Sequence record: OQ411014.1
Reading direction: 5' to 3' (one strand)
Source of the DNA: Escherichia phage EJP2
Length of the DNA stretch: 64,000 nucleotides
A program made the translations under genes and the position numbers. The notes beneath the pieces were generated by a model. The model was not told where the DNA came from, ran no database searches, and saw only the letters and a program-made list of their open reading frames with translations. Below are positions 29,920-38,269 of this stretch, in pieces (position 1 is the stretch's first letter; every line of letters begins with the position of its first letter).

Positions 29920-30576
29920 TTACGCCCCCAAAATAGTAACATTACATTGTGCAGTAAAATTACCATCAACACTAGTTGCTGTTATAATAGCATTCCCAGC
30001 CAACAAACCAGTGACCAGACCAGAATCAGAAACTGAAGCTACTGTTGGTTCGGAAGATTCCCACAGTACTGATTGGTTTGTAGCATCCTCTGGTGTGAAA
30101 ATTGGCGTGAGTTGGTCAGTTTCACCTGTCTGAATAGAAGATGTTACTTTATTCAATGCAAGACCAGTAACATACACTGAACGATCACGTTGACTTGCAT
30201 AAGAATTAAGATAAAATGATGAACCATCGCCTAGGATGATTTTATTTAAGAATAGTTTTATTGCAAAACCGACCAGTTCATCTTTTTCTGGATCATATAC
30301 CTTAATACAAAATTTACCAGGGTCAAGTTTAGCAGCAAGTTCTTCATCGGTATCACTTAGCAATAACGGTTGTTTGTTCTTATCCAAAGCTGTTATTTGA
30401 AGAAATTCATATAGTGAATCACCAGTTTTGGATTGCAAGTCAAACATGATAGTACTTCTCTGTTTTGATATATTAATAGTAGTTAGTTCTGTACCATCTT
30501 TCAATACGGCAGCGTTGACATTTATACCCGAAATATCGAACGGAAATTGGTCGCGGCGAGCAATTGGTTTACCCAT
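29920..30576 (-). CDS. Ig-like (Big_2-type) domain protein, possible virion decoration or adhesin
   Basis: C-terminal ~70 aa match the Big_2 pattern (SVLWESSEPTVASVSDSGLVTGLLAGNAIITATSVDGNFTAQCNVTI). Confidence 0.6.
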   Translation of the reverse strand: MGKPIARRDQFPFDISGINVNAAVLKDGTELTTINISKQRSTIMFDLQSKTGDSLYEFLQITALDKNKQPLLLSDTDEELAAKLDPGKFCIKVYDPEKDELVGFAIKLFLNKIILGDGSSFYLNSYASQRDRSVYVTGLALNKVTSSIQTGETDQLTPIFTPEDATNQSVLWESSEPTVASVSDSGLVTGLLAGNAIITATSVDGNFTAQCNVTILGA

Positions 30577-30633
30577 TGTAACCTCCTTATAGTTTACAAT
30601 TTTAAATATTTATCCATAATGTGCTAAAAAAAC

Positions 30634-30663
30634 TTGCACATTCCAAGATAATACTGATATAAT
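30634..30663 (+). promoter_or_regulatory. sigma70-type promoter with extended -10
   Basis: TTGCAC 30634-30639 and TGaTATAAT ending at 30663. Confidence 0.55.
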
Positions 30664-30716
30664 AGACTCATCCAACGCGAAGTTGGTGTAAACAAACTAC
30701 TAAGAGGACTTAGACA

Positions 30717-31790
30717 ATGAAAAACGAAAACGTATATGTATACATCGGACGCTTCCAGCCAGCACATAAAGGCCACGAAGCAGTACTTGAAAATGCAATC
30801 AAAAAAGCTGACCGTGTTGTTATTCTAGTGGGTAGTGCTGAACAAGCTCGTTCCCCTAAGAACCCGTTCACCTTTGAAGAACGCCAAAAAGTACTGGACG
30901 GTATCACAACTCGTCTTGCACAAGATGAATGGGCGAAAGGTCGCCGTGTGATGATCGACATCCTACCTGTACATGACTTCGTATACAACAACCAGAAATG
31001 GCTCATGGAAGTTCAAGAACAAGTTCGTTCCTGCACTAAAAGTGAAAACATTACTCTAACTGGTTGTCGTAAACATGGCGATGATAGTACTTTCTATCTT
31101 GAGTTCTTCCCTCAGTGGAATCAAGATTTCATTACAGAAACTACACAAGAAGATGTTGGTATCAATGCCACTCAACTACGTAACCAATTCTTCAGTACTA
31201 AACAAGTACCTGAACAAAATGTACTTACTCCTGAAACTGTAGAGTTCCTTGAGAAGTTCAGCGTAGAAAAGAAAGATGTACTAGATTACCTAGTGAAAGA
31301 ACATGCTTTTACTACAAAATATAAAGCAGACATGAAGAAACAACTACCATTTGACACAATCCCATTCCTGACTGGTGATAGTCTGATTGTCTGTGCAGGT
31401 CATGTTCTTGTAGGTATTCGTCGCTCTGAACCAGGCAAAGGTCAGTACTGTCTACCTGGTGGGTTCTTCGATGCATGGAAAGATAAAGATCAAGTTGATA
31501 CTGCTTTACGTGAACTCAAAGAAGAAACCAAAATTGATGTACCAATGAATAAACTACGCGGTTCTATTGAACGTGTAGAAGAGTTTGGTGACTTTGACCG
31601 TGACCCACGCTGGCGTGTAATCACTAAGTGCATCTACATCAAACTTGACGGTACTAAACTACCTAAAGTAAAAGGCTCAGATGATCTCAAAGGTTGCTTC
31701 TGGATGCCTATGACTGAAATTGCTAAAAATCGTGCTAACTTCTTTGTTGATCACGTTTCCATCATTGACACGTTCTTAGGAATCCTGTAA
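30717..31790 (+). CDS. natV: bifunctional NMN adenylyltransferase / Nudix hydrolase (NadM-Nudix, NatV-like)
   Basis: N-terminal YIGRFQPAHKGH (HxGH) and a C-terminal Nudix box (...ALRELKEETKI). Confidence 0.75.
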   Translation: MKNENVYVYIGRFQPAHKGHEAVLENAIKKADRVVILVGSAEQARSPKNPFTFEERQKVLDGITTRLAQDEWAKGRRVMIDILPVHDFVYNNQKWLMEVQEQVRSCTKSENITLTGCRKHGDDSTFYLEFFPQWNQDFITETTQEDVGINATQLRNQFFSTKQVPEQNVLTPETVEFLEKFSVEKKDVLDYLVKEHAFTTKYKADMKKQLPFDTIPFLTGDSLIVCAGHVLVGIRRSEPGKGQYCLPGGFFDAWKDKDQVDTALRELKEETKIDVPMNKLRGSIERVEEFGDFDRDPRWRVITKCIYIKLDGTKLPKVKGSDDLKGCFWMPMTEIAKNRANFFVDHVSIIDTFLGIL

Positions 31791-31791
31791 T

Positions 31792-32331
31792 ATGAATGTA
31801 ATTTCTCTGACTCCAGGTTTGAAAGCAGACTTGGATGCAGTAAAGGAAAGTAAGTACAATAAGATAACTAGCTGTACTGAACTAATCTTGAGTACTGATG
31901 GTTATTCTGAATGTAATCAATTGTTCGTTGATGCACTTCAACACATTGATAAAAAACTGTATCTAACCGATTTTCTTTATCTTATTCAGAGAACGTGGAT
32001 TAGCAATGCACAAAACAGAAATCACCTGAATTCAGGTGAAAGTACTTCAAGCTATGGTTATTGGAAATATAACTTCGCTGGAGTATCATCGGATACTTTA
32101 TACATTACGAACTATGTTCCGTCTGGAAATATCAGAATTGTCGATTCAGTACAACATTATGAATATTATGATATTGACACGGAAAAGCCAAGTCTGTATA
32201 CTATATCCGATATCGTAATTAGAAATGAAAAGACATTGTTCAACATGGTATTTCCAACGACTACTAAACTGTTTTCGAAGGAATACATGAAGTTCACAAT
32301 TCCATTGTCTCTGATTATGAACAACCAATAA
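31792..32331 (+). CDS. hypothetical protein
   Basis: 179-aa ORF between the two NAD salvage genes. Confidence 0.5.
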   Translation: MNVISLTPGLKADLDAVKESKYNKITSCTELILSTDGYSECNQLFVDALQHIDKKLYLTDFLYLIQRTWISNAQNRNHLNSGESTSSYGYWKYNFAGVSSDTLYITNYVPSGNIRIVDSVQHYEYYDIDTEKPSLYTISDIVIRNEKTLFNMVFPTTTKLFSKEYMKFTIPLSLIMNNQ

Positions 32332-32379
32332 GAACGCGGAGTTCTTATATAACATCAACTACCAAAGAGGTAATATAAA

Positions 32380-33852
32380 ATGCAAAACGTAAATTTCATC
32401 CTAAACGCAGATAGTTACAAGCACTCTCATTTACTAATGATGAAAGAAGGTGTTCAAGCTCTTGAATCAAACATCATTGCTCGTAAACCATCTAAATTCA
32501 CCAGTCATGTAGTTATGATGGGTCTTCAGATTTTCGTTCAGGAATATCTGGATATCACAATTACTGCGGCTGATATCGATGAAGCAGAGATTGAAACAAA
32601 CGAACGTGGTGATGATTTTGACCGCGACTTCTGGGAACACATCGTGAATGTACACAAAGGTAAACTACCTTTACATATCCGTGCTATCCCTGAAGGTACA
32701 GTAGTTCCAGTTGGTATGCCGTTGGTTCGCTCCTTCAGTACTGACCCACGTACTATGGTACTCGCTAGTTTCGTCGAAACTCAATTACAACGTGCAATCT
32801 GGTTCCAAACTACTGTTGCATCTAATGCTCGCAGTATCAAGGAATTTCTTGCTGATACTATGGAACGTCATGCTGGTCATCGCTTTGTGGATTATCATCT
32901 ACATAACTTCGGCTGTCGTGGTGCAAGTTCCTATGAAACAGCAATGCTCGCAGGTGTAGCTCATGCCGCTCTATTCAGTGGCTCTGACTGCCTATTAGCA
33001 AACCGTAGTATCAAATACTACTACAATACTACTAAACCATATGTTAGTAGTGTTATGGCGAGTGAACACAGTGCTACATGTTCTAACTCCGATGCAGACA
33101 AGCGTGATGATTCAGCAATGGCGTTGAAGATGGTTCGCCTATGGGAAAAGAAAGTAGATAAGTTCATTGCTAATGGTTCAGTTGGTGCACCCCCAATTGT
33201 TTCTGTAGTAATCGATACTTATGATGCTTATCGCTTTGTTCGTGAGTTCATCGGTACTCGTCTAAAATCTACAATCGAAGAGATTGCAGCTAAATGTCCA
33301 AGTGCTAAACTAGTAATGCGTCCTGATAGTGGTAATCCACTAACTATGCCAATCGAAATCGTATCTATCCTTATGGAGAAATTCGGTTCAGTACTGAATG
33401 CTAATGGCATGAAAGTACTTCCATCTTTCATTGGTGTTCTTCAGGGCGACGGAGTTTCAGAAAGTTCAATCCGTGAAATCGTCCACAACCTAGAGAAAAA
33501 GAACTACTCTCTAGAGAATCTAATCTTTGGTATGGGTGGTAAAAACTCCCACGTCGAAGGTGGTCGTGATGCATATTCTTTCGCCCAGAAAGGTTGTGCA
33601 CAGCAACTAGCTGATGGTACTTGGGAAGATTTGTTCAAAGATCCTATTACTGACGTTGGGAAAAAATCCCTTCGTGGTCGTGTAACTACTTACTTGTGCA
33701 AAGAAAGTGGGAAGATGATGGCTGAACGAATCGAACTACAAGAAGTAAATCCTTTCTTAGAAGATATGATGGTTGACATTTTTGTAAATGGTGATATCAT
33801 GAATCTAAGCTCTTTTGATGATGTACGTGCTCGTGCGAACAAGGGATTGTAA
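32380..33852 (+). CDS. nadV: nicotinamide phosphoribosyltransferase (NAMPT/NadV)
   Basis: 490 aa; N-terminal NADSYKHSH and overall pattern match the NAMPT family. Confidence 0.8.
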   Translation: MQNVNFILNADSYKHSHLLMMKEGVQALESNIIARKPSKFTSHVVMMGLQIFVQEYLDITITAADIDEAEIETNERGDDFDRDFWEHIVNVHKGKLPLHIRAIPEGTVVPVGMPLVRSFSTDPRTMVLASFVETQLQRAIWFQTTVASNARSIKEFLADTMERHAGHRFVDYHLHNFGCRGASSYETAMLAGVAHAALFSGSDCLLANRSIKYYYNTTKPYVSSVMASEHSATCSNSDADKRDDSAMALKMVRLWEKKVDKFIANGSVGAPPIVSVVIDTYDAYRFVREFIGTRLKSTIEEIAAKCPSAKLVMRPDSGNPLTMPIEIVSILMEKFGSVLNANGMKVLPSFIGVLQGDGVSESSIREIVHNLEKKNYSLENLIFGMGGKNSHVEGGRDAYSFAQKGCAQQLADGTWEDLFKDPITDVGKKSLRGRVTTYLCKESGKMMAERIELQEVNPFLEDMMVDIFVNGDIMNLSSFDDVRARANKGL

Positions 33853-33860
33853 TATCAATG

Positions 33861-33884
33861 GGGAGTCTTAGTACTCCCTTTTTT
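33861..33884 (+). terminator. intrinsic terminator
   Basis: stem GGGAGT/ACTCCC followed by a T6 run. Confidence 0.55.
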
Positions 33885-33895
33885 GCGAGGTTTAT

Positions 33896-34534
33896 ATGTG
33901 GTCTAAAGTAAAAGATAATCTAGATGCGTACATTATCCCACTACACGATGTGGTATGGCTACGAGATGAAGTACGTAAGGCAATGACCGAAGGTTATGCG
34001 TTTCCAGCAGAAGAAGATGAAATTCAAAAAGATGCATCAGTAGTTTCTGATGAAATGATTATCGGTTATCCAGATCCAGAAAATGAAAATATGTTCATGT
34101 TTGGATTCAAAGATGATGATTGTCTGGACGACCAAAGTATCATTGACCACATTACACATCGCTGTTGGGAAGATATTAGTGAAGCTGGTATTGTTTCATT
34201 TGGTGAAATGGAAAGTTTTTCAGCAGTTGTGTATAATGAAGATGTTCCAAATTTCCGTAAGCACAAGACAGAAGTGGATAACTTCCTAACTCATTTGATT
34301 GGTCGATCTATTGTTAGTGATGAGCCATCATTCCTCAATAACACTGCGGAATGTAAAGAATTCATCTTAGAACGATATGATTATGAAAATATGAAACGTA
34401 CTGCGACGAATAAGTGGGGCAACTTCAATTATCGTTTATTTGAAAATGATGAAGGAGATGTCGTGACAATCGTTACATACAATGCTAAACTGATCTCCTA
34501 CTATAACTTCAGATACAAAGACGAGGATCTATAA
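33896..34534 (+). CDS. hypothetical acidic protein
   Basis: 212-aa ORF. Confidence 0.5.
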   Translation: MWSKVKDNLDAYIIPLHDVVWLRDEVRKAMTEGYAFPAEEDEIQKDASVVSDEMIIGYPDPENENMFMFGFKDDDCLDDQSIIDHITHRCWEDISEAGIVSFGEMESFSAVVYNEDVPNFRKHKTEVDNFLTHLIGRSIVSDEPSFLNNTAECKEFILERYDYENMKRTATNKWGNFNYRLFENDEGDVVTIVTYNAKLISYYNFRYKDEDL

Positions 34535-34535
34535 A

Positions 34536-34748
34536 ATGGTTTTGACTTATCTTTTCATGTTCGGTATGTACGCAGTAACCACTGGTTGTGCATGGTTCCT
34601 GACTTCAATTACATTCATTGGTTGGGCCAATCGTGAAGGTAAAATCAAATACGGCTTGTGGTTCCGTGAGTTCAGTCCTTTTGTAGTACCACTATGGATT
34701 ACAACTATTGTAATTTATATTCTCATCCCAGTAGTATTCTTGGGTTGA
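34536..34748 (+). CDS. small membrane protein
   Basis: 70 aa, two hydrophobic helices. Confidence 0.5.
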   Translation: MVLTYLFMFGMYAVTTGCAWFLTSITFIGWANREGKIKYGLWFREFSPFVVPLWITTIVIYILIPVVFLG

Positions 34749-34788
34749 CATTACAGTACTGTTCAAGATTTTCTAATAAGGATTATAT

Positions 34789-35391
34789 ATGACTTGTATT
34801 ATCGCTTTTACTGATGGTAAATCATCCTTCATCGCAGGTGACAAACTAGGTTCCAACGGCTTTACTAAATCAGTAATGGTTGAACCAAAAGTCTTTGAGA
34901 AAGAGTTTCATCGTGTTAGTACCAATGATGAAGGTACTGTGCGGACGCGTGAAACGATGGCACTCGGTTATACTACGTCATTTCGTATGGGACAACTTCT
35001 GTCTTACAATCTAGTACTGCCTGACCAAGATGCGAATCAATCCTTCAGTCAGTACCTGGTTCAGAAAGTAATTCCACTTATTCGTCATATGTTCAAAGAT
35101 GAATGGGGTGCACGTGATAGCTCACAAGATATTGGTGGTGGTCAGTTCATTATTCTGCATAACCACACTATCTACGAAGTTCAAGGTGACTTCTCAGTAC
35201 TGCAACCTAAGACACAAATTACTGCTGTAGGTTCAGGTACTTACCATGCAATTGCAGCTATGCAAGCACTACAAAGTGTTTCATCTGATACTAAGAAAGA
35301 TCTACTACATTACGTACCAACGATTTTTGATATTGTCAGTACTAATGTAACTTCAGTATCTGCTGAACATGATGTATTGCATTACAAATAA
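34789..35391 (+). CDS. Ntn-hydrolase, HslV/proteasome-beta-like
   Basis: N-terminus MTCIIAF with Thr2 as the candidate nucleophile, followed by SFIAGDKLGS, resembling the HslV start TTIV...AGDGQ. Confidence 0.45.
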   Translation: MTCIIAFTDGKSSFIAGDKLGSNGFTKSVMVEPKVFEKEFHRVSTNDEGTVRTRETMALGYTTSFRMGQLLSYNLVLPDQDANQSFSQYLVQKVIPLIRHMFKDEWGARDSSQDIGGGQFIILHNHTIYEVQGDFSVLQPKTQITAVGSGTYHAIAAMQALQSVSSDTKKDLLHYVPTIFDIVSTNVTSVSAEHDVLHYK

Positions 35392-35582
35392 TGGTTGATA
35401 TATTTTTCATTGTAATGATGATGCTTGGTGTATTCGGGTTGATTGCAATTACCCGAATCACTGATAGACCATACACAGATAACATTGAACGCGTTTGTAT
35501 GTTTCTACTAAGTACTATAATGTTGGTTATCGTTGGTGTAGTAGGTTCTATGTTTGCAGAACTAATTCTAATTGCGTACTGA
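35391..35582 (+). CDS. small membrane protein
   Basis: 63 aa, hydrophobic. Confidence 0.45.
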   Translation: MVDIFFIVMMMLGVFGLIAITRITDRPYTDNIERVCMFLLSTIMLVIVGVVGSMFAELILIAY

Positions 35583-35605
35583 TGTACGCTTTTTAAGGAG
35601 TACTT

Positions 35606-35839
35606 ATGGACTTAGCAGATTTGGTTTATGTTGTATCGTTAGTACTGTACGGTATTTGTATAGTACTGACTATGTTAGAATGGAGTACTTGGAGTGATGG
35701 TTTCAAAGAACTAAATGGTGAGTTTACCTCTAAATACTATGCAATTAGTTATTTTATCATGAAGTTAGGTATGATTGGAATGTATGGTATTTTGGGATAT
35801 CTATTCTACTTCTTACCTGAACATATGAGATTATTTTAG
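35606..35839 (+). CDS. small membrane protein
   Basis: 77 aa, hydrophobic. Confidence 0.45.
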   Translation: MDLADLVYVVSLVLYGICIVLTMLEWSTWSDGFKELNGEFTSKYYAISYFIMKLGMIGMYGILGYLFYFLPEHMRLF

Positions 35840-35849
35840 GAGATATAAA

Positions 35850-36281
35850 ATGGCAGGAAAAGGATATTGCAGCCTAAAACTTGATAAAGCACAAGCAAAG
35901 GAATTGAAACGGATTTTAAAAATCGGTGGCGTTGAATGCTTAGACCCTTCGGATTTGCATTGTACTTTAATGTACGATGAAAGTAATCCTAACATCAAAA
36001 TGCTCAAGAACACAAAGACTTATAAAGCTAAAGTAACTGGTGTTAGTAAATTGGGTGATGCGATTGTATTGGATTTGGAATCCCCTGGCATCAAGAAACG
36101 TCATCAGGAATTGAAGAATGCTGGTTATAAGCACTCATTCCCTGAATTGAAAATTCATATGAGCATCAACTACGATCCAAAAAGTACTGATAAGGATTTA
36201 CTAGAACTCTTTATCAAATTGAAGGGTATTCCTTCAGTACTGATATTTGGTAATGAAAAATTTGAATCTCTAAAGCCGTAA
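35850..36281 (+). CDS. 2H phosphoesterase superfamily protein (LigT/CPDase-like)
   Basis: two H-x-T/S-x motifs (LHCTLMY and IHMSINY) with typical spacing. Confidence 0.5.
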   Translation: MAGKGYCSLKLDKAQAKELKRILKIGGVECLDPSDLHCTLMYDESNPNIKMLKNTKTYKAKVTGVSKLGDAIVLDLESPGIKKRHQELKNAGYKHSFPELKIHMSINYDPKSTDKDLLELFIKLKGIPSVLIFGNEKFESLKP

Positions 36282-36291
36282 GGAGTATATA

Positions 36292-37050
36292 ATGGACGTG
36301 AATAAATTTCTTGACAACAAAGGACAAAAGCGTCTGTTAGTACTAACTGGTGCGGGTTTCAGTGCGGAATCTGGAGTTAGTACATTTCGTGATGCAGAAG
36401 ATGCCCTATGGGAAGGTGTGAAGATTAACGATGTATGTAACATTGCGAGCTTAGGCTTTAAGTACGCACAAGTACATGCATTCTACAACACACTAAGAAC
36501 TATCATCAAGGACAAAGAGCCTAACGAAGCACACTATGAAATTAGCGTTATGGAGTCAATGTACGGGGATAACTTCCTACACATGACTGCTAATATCGAT
36601 GATTTATATGAGCGTGCTGGTGGCACTGCTATGCACCTTCATGGCAACATCAAAGAAGTCATTGAGAACTATTCAATGGCACATAACGACTTTACAGTAC
36701 TGGATGTTGGATATGAAGTTTATATTCCAAAGGAAGGTGTATTTGCTAAACCTAATGTAGTATTCATTGGTGAATCAGAGCGTTATGTGAATAACCAGCG
36801 TATTCCGTTGTATGAAGAACGAAATAAAGTACTGGCATCCTTGACAGACTTAGATACCGTTGTTATCATTGGTTCATCGGATACAATCCTGAAGTGGAGT
36901 TCGTTGGTTGGTTTAGGCACACCAGCTTATACCATCAACATCAACACAAGAAAGAATGACACTGACTGGGCGTTCGATAAGAAGATTTACAAGCCAGTAA
37001 CTAAAGCGTTATTGGAATTGAGGGAGTTAGTTCTTACACGGATGGGATAG
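36292..37050 (+). CDS. Sir2-family NAD-dependent deacylase / ADP-ribosyltransferase
   Basis: NAD-binding motif GAGFSAESGVSTFRD and catalytic HG motif (HLHGN); no zinc-ribbon cysteines seen. Confidence 0.75.
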   Translation: MDVNKFLDNKGQKRLLVLTGAGFSAESGVSTFRDAEDALWEGVKINDVCNIASLGFKYAQVHAFYNTLRTIIKDKEPNEAHYEISVMESMYGDNFLHMTANIDDLYERAGGTAMHLHGNIKEVIENYSMAHNDFTVLDVGYEVYIPKEGVFAKPNVVFIGESERYVNNQRIPLYEERNKVLASLTDLDTVVIIGSSDTILKWSSLVGLGTPAYTININTRKNDTDWAFDKKIYKPVTKALLELRELVLTRMG

Positions 37051-37059
37051 GAGTGAGTT

Positions 37060-37614
37060 ATGGATTTTACAGAGATACCATTCGGACAACGCAGTGAAAG
37101 ATTTGACTGTGCGTTCGTTTGGATCTACGCTAAGAATTGCACACCATACAAGGATTATCCATATAATGATATTCCTAACGTATCTTTAGTACTGACAGAG
37201 TTACGCTTTGATGGTCTAATGGGTGCGGTTGGTGGAGCAGTTGAGGATGATGATCCTTCATTGGAAGTGGCAGTGCAACGTGAAGCCTTAGAGGAAATAA
37301 ACTTTTCTCTTGACATTACTAATCTGAAACCGTTATTATCATTACGTTCCCCATACGGAGCACATAACCATAGTTTCTCGTACGAAGTACAGTACGATGA
37401 GCTACTAGAGATTCGGAACAACGCATACAAAGGTGCTCACTTCAGTGCTGAAAATGCGGGTGTAAATCTGATTCACGTATGTCGCTATACGAAGGGAAGA
37501 GGGAACGAATGTGGTTACAATAACATTCTTACACAGAATTTTATTGGCACATCCAAACTGGAACTAGAGCGTTTAGTTCATAATGAAAATTTACTAATAA
37601 ATTACCTTGCATAA
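37060..37614 (+). CDS. Nudix hydrolase
   Basis: Nudix box GAVGGAVEDDDPSLEVAVQREALEEINF. Confidence 0.65.
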   Translation: MDFTEIPFGQRSERFDCAFVWIYAKNCTPYKDYPYNDIPNVSLVLTELRFDGLMGAVGGAVEDDDPSLEVAVQREALEEINFSLDITNLKPLLSLRSPYGAHNHSFSYEVQYDELLEIRNNAYKGAHFSAENAGVNLIHVCRYTKGRGNECGYNNILTQNFIGTSKLELERLVHNENLLINYLA

Positions 37615-37624
37615 AGGATAAAAT

Positions 37625-37957
37625 ATGTATAAGATGTTTATAGACGACCTTCGGGATGCAGAGAAGCATTACCCAAATGAAGGATTCATCGTCACAAGGA
37701 CTTACAATGAAGCTGTACAGTACGTACAAGAACATGGTCTACCTAGTTTTGTTTCATTCGACCATGACTTGGGCGACACTGACAGTACTGATGAGAAGAC
37801 TGGATATTCTTTTGCTAAGTTCCTCATCGAGTACATGATTGATAACGATTTGCGGGAACCGTTTGAGTACTTTATTCACAGTGCTAATCCAGTTGGTGCA
37901 GAGAATATCAAACAGTACTTGCAAAATGGGTTCAACTTTATCCAAGGGCAAGCATGA
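37625..37957 (+). CDS. hypothetical protein
   Basis: 110-aa ORF. Confidence 0.5.
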   Translation: MYKMFIDDLRDAEKHYPNEGFIVTRTYNEAVQYVQEHGLPSFVSFDHDLGDTDSTDEKTGYSFAKFLIEYMIDNDLREPFEYFIHSANPVGAENIKQYLQNGFNFIQGQA

Positions 37958-38244
37958 AAGTAATAACATTTATTCTGATTTTGATTGTTGTTGTTGGTAT
38001 TCGCCTTAAAATAGCGGAGAACCAATACAACACTGAAAGACTGAATATTACGAAAGAATCTGGAACAGTAGTTGCAACTGGACAATGCAACAAATACACT
38101 TGTGCTTACTCTGTAAAAACCTCTAGTGGTTCTACAGTGAACAGTACTGGTGACACTCCGGTAAGTCTCGGTCAAATCGTATACCGTGAATGCTGGGAAG
38201 AAAGGGTCAGGGGTCCGCGTTGTTACGTAGACTTTAGACCATAA
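37954..38244 (+). CDS. small secreted or membrane protein
   Basis: N-terminal hydrophobic MKVITFILILIVVVGI and several cysteines. Confidence 0.45.
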   Translation: MKVITFILILIVVVGIRLKIAENQYNTERLNITKESGTVVATGQCNKYTCAYSVKTSSGSTVNSTGDTPVSLGQIVYRECWEERVRGPRCYVDFRP

Positions 38245-38269
38245 AACACTATCATGAAAAGGGAATTTT

